From assembly GCA_951406725.2 (NCBI GenBank), contig OX597843.1, forward strand, positions 8,060,001 through 8,124,000: DNA of 64,000 nt. The letters are read 5' to 3'. Origin of the DNA: Octopus vulgaris (Eukaryota). Shown here one piece after another: positions 61,578 to 64,000 of this stretch. The translations under genes were made by a program, and so were the position numbers. The notes beneath the pieces were generated by a model. It was given only the letters and a program-made list of their open reading frames with translations. It did no database searches and was not told the origin of the DNA. Each line of letters opens with the position of its first letter. Positions within the stretch are counted from its first letter, which is position 1.

Positions 61578-61790
61578 CATTATTATTATCATTATTCAGG
61601 TCACTGCCTGCAATCGAACTCGGAATCTTGGGGTTAGCAGCCCGCGCTCTTAACCATTATACCAACACCTGATGAAAGCTGGAGGGTATATCAGCCGAAA
61701 CGTTGTGTTAACAACAAATAAGATGAGGACAAATATCCGTGAAATATCCGTGAAATGTAAATAATGTACATAATTCCTCATCTCTTAAAT
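61325..61790. mobile_element. Composite tRNA-head / microsatellite / hammerhead element, internally inverted
   Basis: Minus strand: A-box TGGTATAATGG, B-box GAGTTCGATT, (AAT)n/(AAG)n/(AAC)n spacer, then CAC-CTGAAGA-AGGTTGGAGGG; plus strand: homologous full HHR. Confidence 0.7.
61664..61709 (+). ncRNA. Minimal type I hammerhead motif, canonical core
   Basis: AACAC-CTGATGA-AAGCTG..CAGCC-GAAAC-GTT-GTGTT. Confidence 0.78.
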
Positions 61791-62112
61791 CTTCCAGTGA
61801 CGTCCTTCCGCTTTTGAAGCACCCGTGCCATTCTAAACATTGCGTATAATCCATTGCATCGTCGCCGTAAGATTAATGTCTCTGTAGCAGACGACCAGAG
61901 TCTAACGCAAAATTTCACATCCATTACATAATCGCAAAAACACGCGATCGCAAAATCACAAATCTCACAACTTGCGATGTATACACAGCGATGTTACTCG
62001 GCACACTGCCTCATGAAGGACACTGCCAGCTCTCATTGCAAACGCAACTGTGTGCTGCCATCTGTTGGCGAGCTACAAAACTTGTTCTGGAACTTTTTGA
62101 TACTACCTCGTA
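61791..62112 (-). mobile_element. Mariner 5' fragment
   Basis: TA|CGAGGTAGTATCAAAAAGTTCC TIR; peptides VKFCVRL and YGDDAMDYTQCLEWHGCFKSGRTSLE. Confidence 0.82.
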
Positions 62113-62149
62113 CGCTGGAAAGTACATGTAACCAAAAGTTAGGATGTCG

Positions 62150-62443
62150 TAGATGGCACCGTTCTCCACTCCTAGATGGGGTAGAAAGGGCTCCTTAGCC
62201 GTAGTGAAGGCAATCTATCTAGGGAGATAACCTTACAATAACCTTAGGACCCAAAACCATGGAGCTTAGAAATACTGGGTTGACGTCCAGCGGGAACAGC
62301 TTTGTTTCATGGAGGAGGAAAGATCTTCTTTAGTACTTGGTTGTACAATGCTTTCCAATGTGTGTAGTAGTGGTGCGCGGACACACTATTAGCCATTTGA
62401 AAAGACTATGAAAGTCTCGACCACGGTCGAACAATGATGATGA
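62150..62443 (+). mobile_element. Probable bipartite non-autonomous RTE derivative
   Basis: Ends GTCTCGACCACGGTCGAACAA(TGA)n, identical to the LINE end at 32887-32921, but joined to non-coding structured sequence. Confidence 0.5.
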
Positions 62444-62717
62444 CTCATAGATTCAGTGCGGTTACACAACGGGTTATCTATTCTTCCCTTTCTTCTGCCT
62501 TGTGTATATATGTGTACGGATGTGCGTACAAGAATGTATGTCTGTGTAAATAAGGTAGGGCATGGCCTTCACCAATCTCCACGCATCGAGCTTTTCTGTC
62601 TTTAGCGTACACCATCCTGCTACTTAGCACTCTGTCAACCAATATATCCCGTGAGGAGATTTATGTTGTGGAAAAGTTGCATAACGGGGATATATACTAC
62701 GCAAATTTCATAGTCAT

Positions 62718-63206
62718 TCTCTTTTACTCTTTTACTTGTTTCAGTCATTTGACTGCGGCCATGCTGGAGCACCGCCTTTTTTTAGTCGAGCAAATCGACC
62801 CCGGGACTTATTCTTTTTTGTAAGCCCAGTACTTATTCTATCGGTCTCTTTTTGCCGAACCGCTAAGTGACGGGAACGTAAACACACCAGCATCGGTTGT
62901 CAAGCAATGCTAGGGGGACAAACACAGACACACAAACATATACACACACATACATACATATATATATATATATACGACAGGCTTCTTTCAGTTTCCGGAA
63001 CCATGTGGTAAATAAGCAAGCTACTTACCACACAGCCACTCCTGCGCCTAGTCATCGTAATTTTTGTTGCATAACTTATTCTTTAAAAGCCCAGTACTTA
63101 TTCTATCGGTCTCTTTTTGCTGAACCGCTAAGTGACGGGGACGTAAACACACCAGCATCGGTTGTCAAGCGACGGTGGGGGGACAAACACAGACACACAA
63201 ACATAT

Positions 63207-63279
<73 letters not shown>

Positions 63280-63448
63280 TATATACGACGGGCTTCTTTC
63301 AGTTTCCGTCTACCAAATTCACTCACAAGTCATTGGTCTGCCCGGGGCTATAGCAGAAGACACTTGCCCAAGATGCCACGCAGTGGGACTGAACCCGGAA
63401 TTAAGTGGCTGGTAAGCAAGCTACTTACCGCACAGCCACTCCTGTGCC
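62718..63448 (-). mobile_element. Two tandem SINE family A copies
   Basis: 62718-63048 (internal deletion; TAGTCAT on both sides) and 63085-63448; both followed by TAGTCATCGTAATTTTT. Confidence 0.9.
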
Positions 63449-63772
63449 TAGTCATCGTAATTTTTGTTGAAAACACTGACGAGTTGTGTTTATAAGGTAA
63501 TGTAATATCACCCAATGATTGTGTAATATTTTCAGTTGATTTACTGAAACACGTATGTTTTGTAAAGCATAAAATATCACTTAGTCTAGTACTTATTTCG
63601 TTGTTCTCTCTTTGCCAAACTGTGAGTTTACCTGGACGTAAACAAACCAACACCTGTTGTCAAGCACTTAGGGTACAAACTCAAAACCATTCATACATAC
63701 ATACACACAATGATGGCTACGACCACAACTGCTACTGCTACTGCTGCCACTACTACTACTACTACTACTACA

Positions 63773-63837
<65 letters not shown>

Positions 63838-64000
63838 AGCAGACATATCTAATAAAACTACCATCGCCACCATGACTACCTCCACTATCAATGGTCGATG
63901 CTACAAGAAAAATCACAAACTACTACCGCCATAACCATAATATCTATTGCTGCAAGCACCAGCAATACTACCGCCTACACAATCACAAATACTAGCAATA

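Noticed and set aside
61597-61664. Functional tRNA gene
   Set aside because: A and B boxes present but no acceptor stem; better explained as a SINE-like head. The same applies to heads at 38177 and 48108
62590-62700. Second exon after a CTTTTCTGTCTTTAG acceptor-like site
   Set aside because: No convincing donor or recognisable peptide

Overview
Eukaryotic, gene-poor, microsatellite-saturated DNA. The repeat families and the (TA)n, (AAT)n, (CAT)n and (GATA)n density point to an octopod cephalopod (Octopus-like); this is an inference. Nearly all ORFs in the supplied track are translations of simple repeats. Supported features: many copies of at least three tRNA-derived SINE families; decayed RTE and R4/Dong-like LINE fragments; three Tc1/mariner relics; a GG..CC TIR element with an 8-bp TSD; a head-to-tail Helitron dimer; several minisatellites; and one 100-N gap. 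One plausible first coding exon of an unidentified host gene lies at 40137-40202 (MAERYWSCLEDFVERTKADDIE), with no second exon recognised. The main hidden signal is about a dozen minimal type I hammerhead ribozyme (HHR) motifs from several unrelated short elements embedded in (TA)n arrays, typical of Penelope-like element (PLE) termini. They include a G3-C8 covariant core, U4C and A6U core variants, a tandem pair able to dimerise, and a composite tRNA-head + microsatellite + HHR element. All structures were read by eye and none is experimentally shown.
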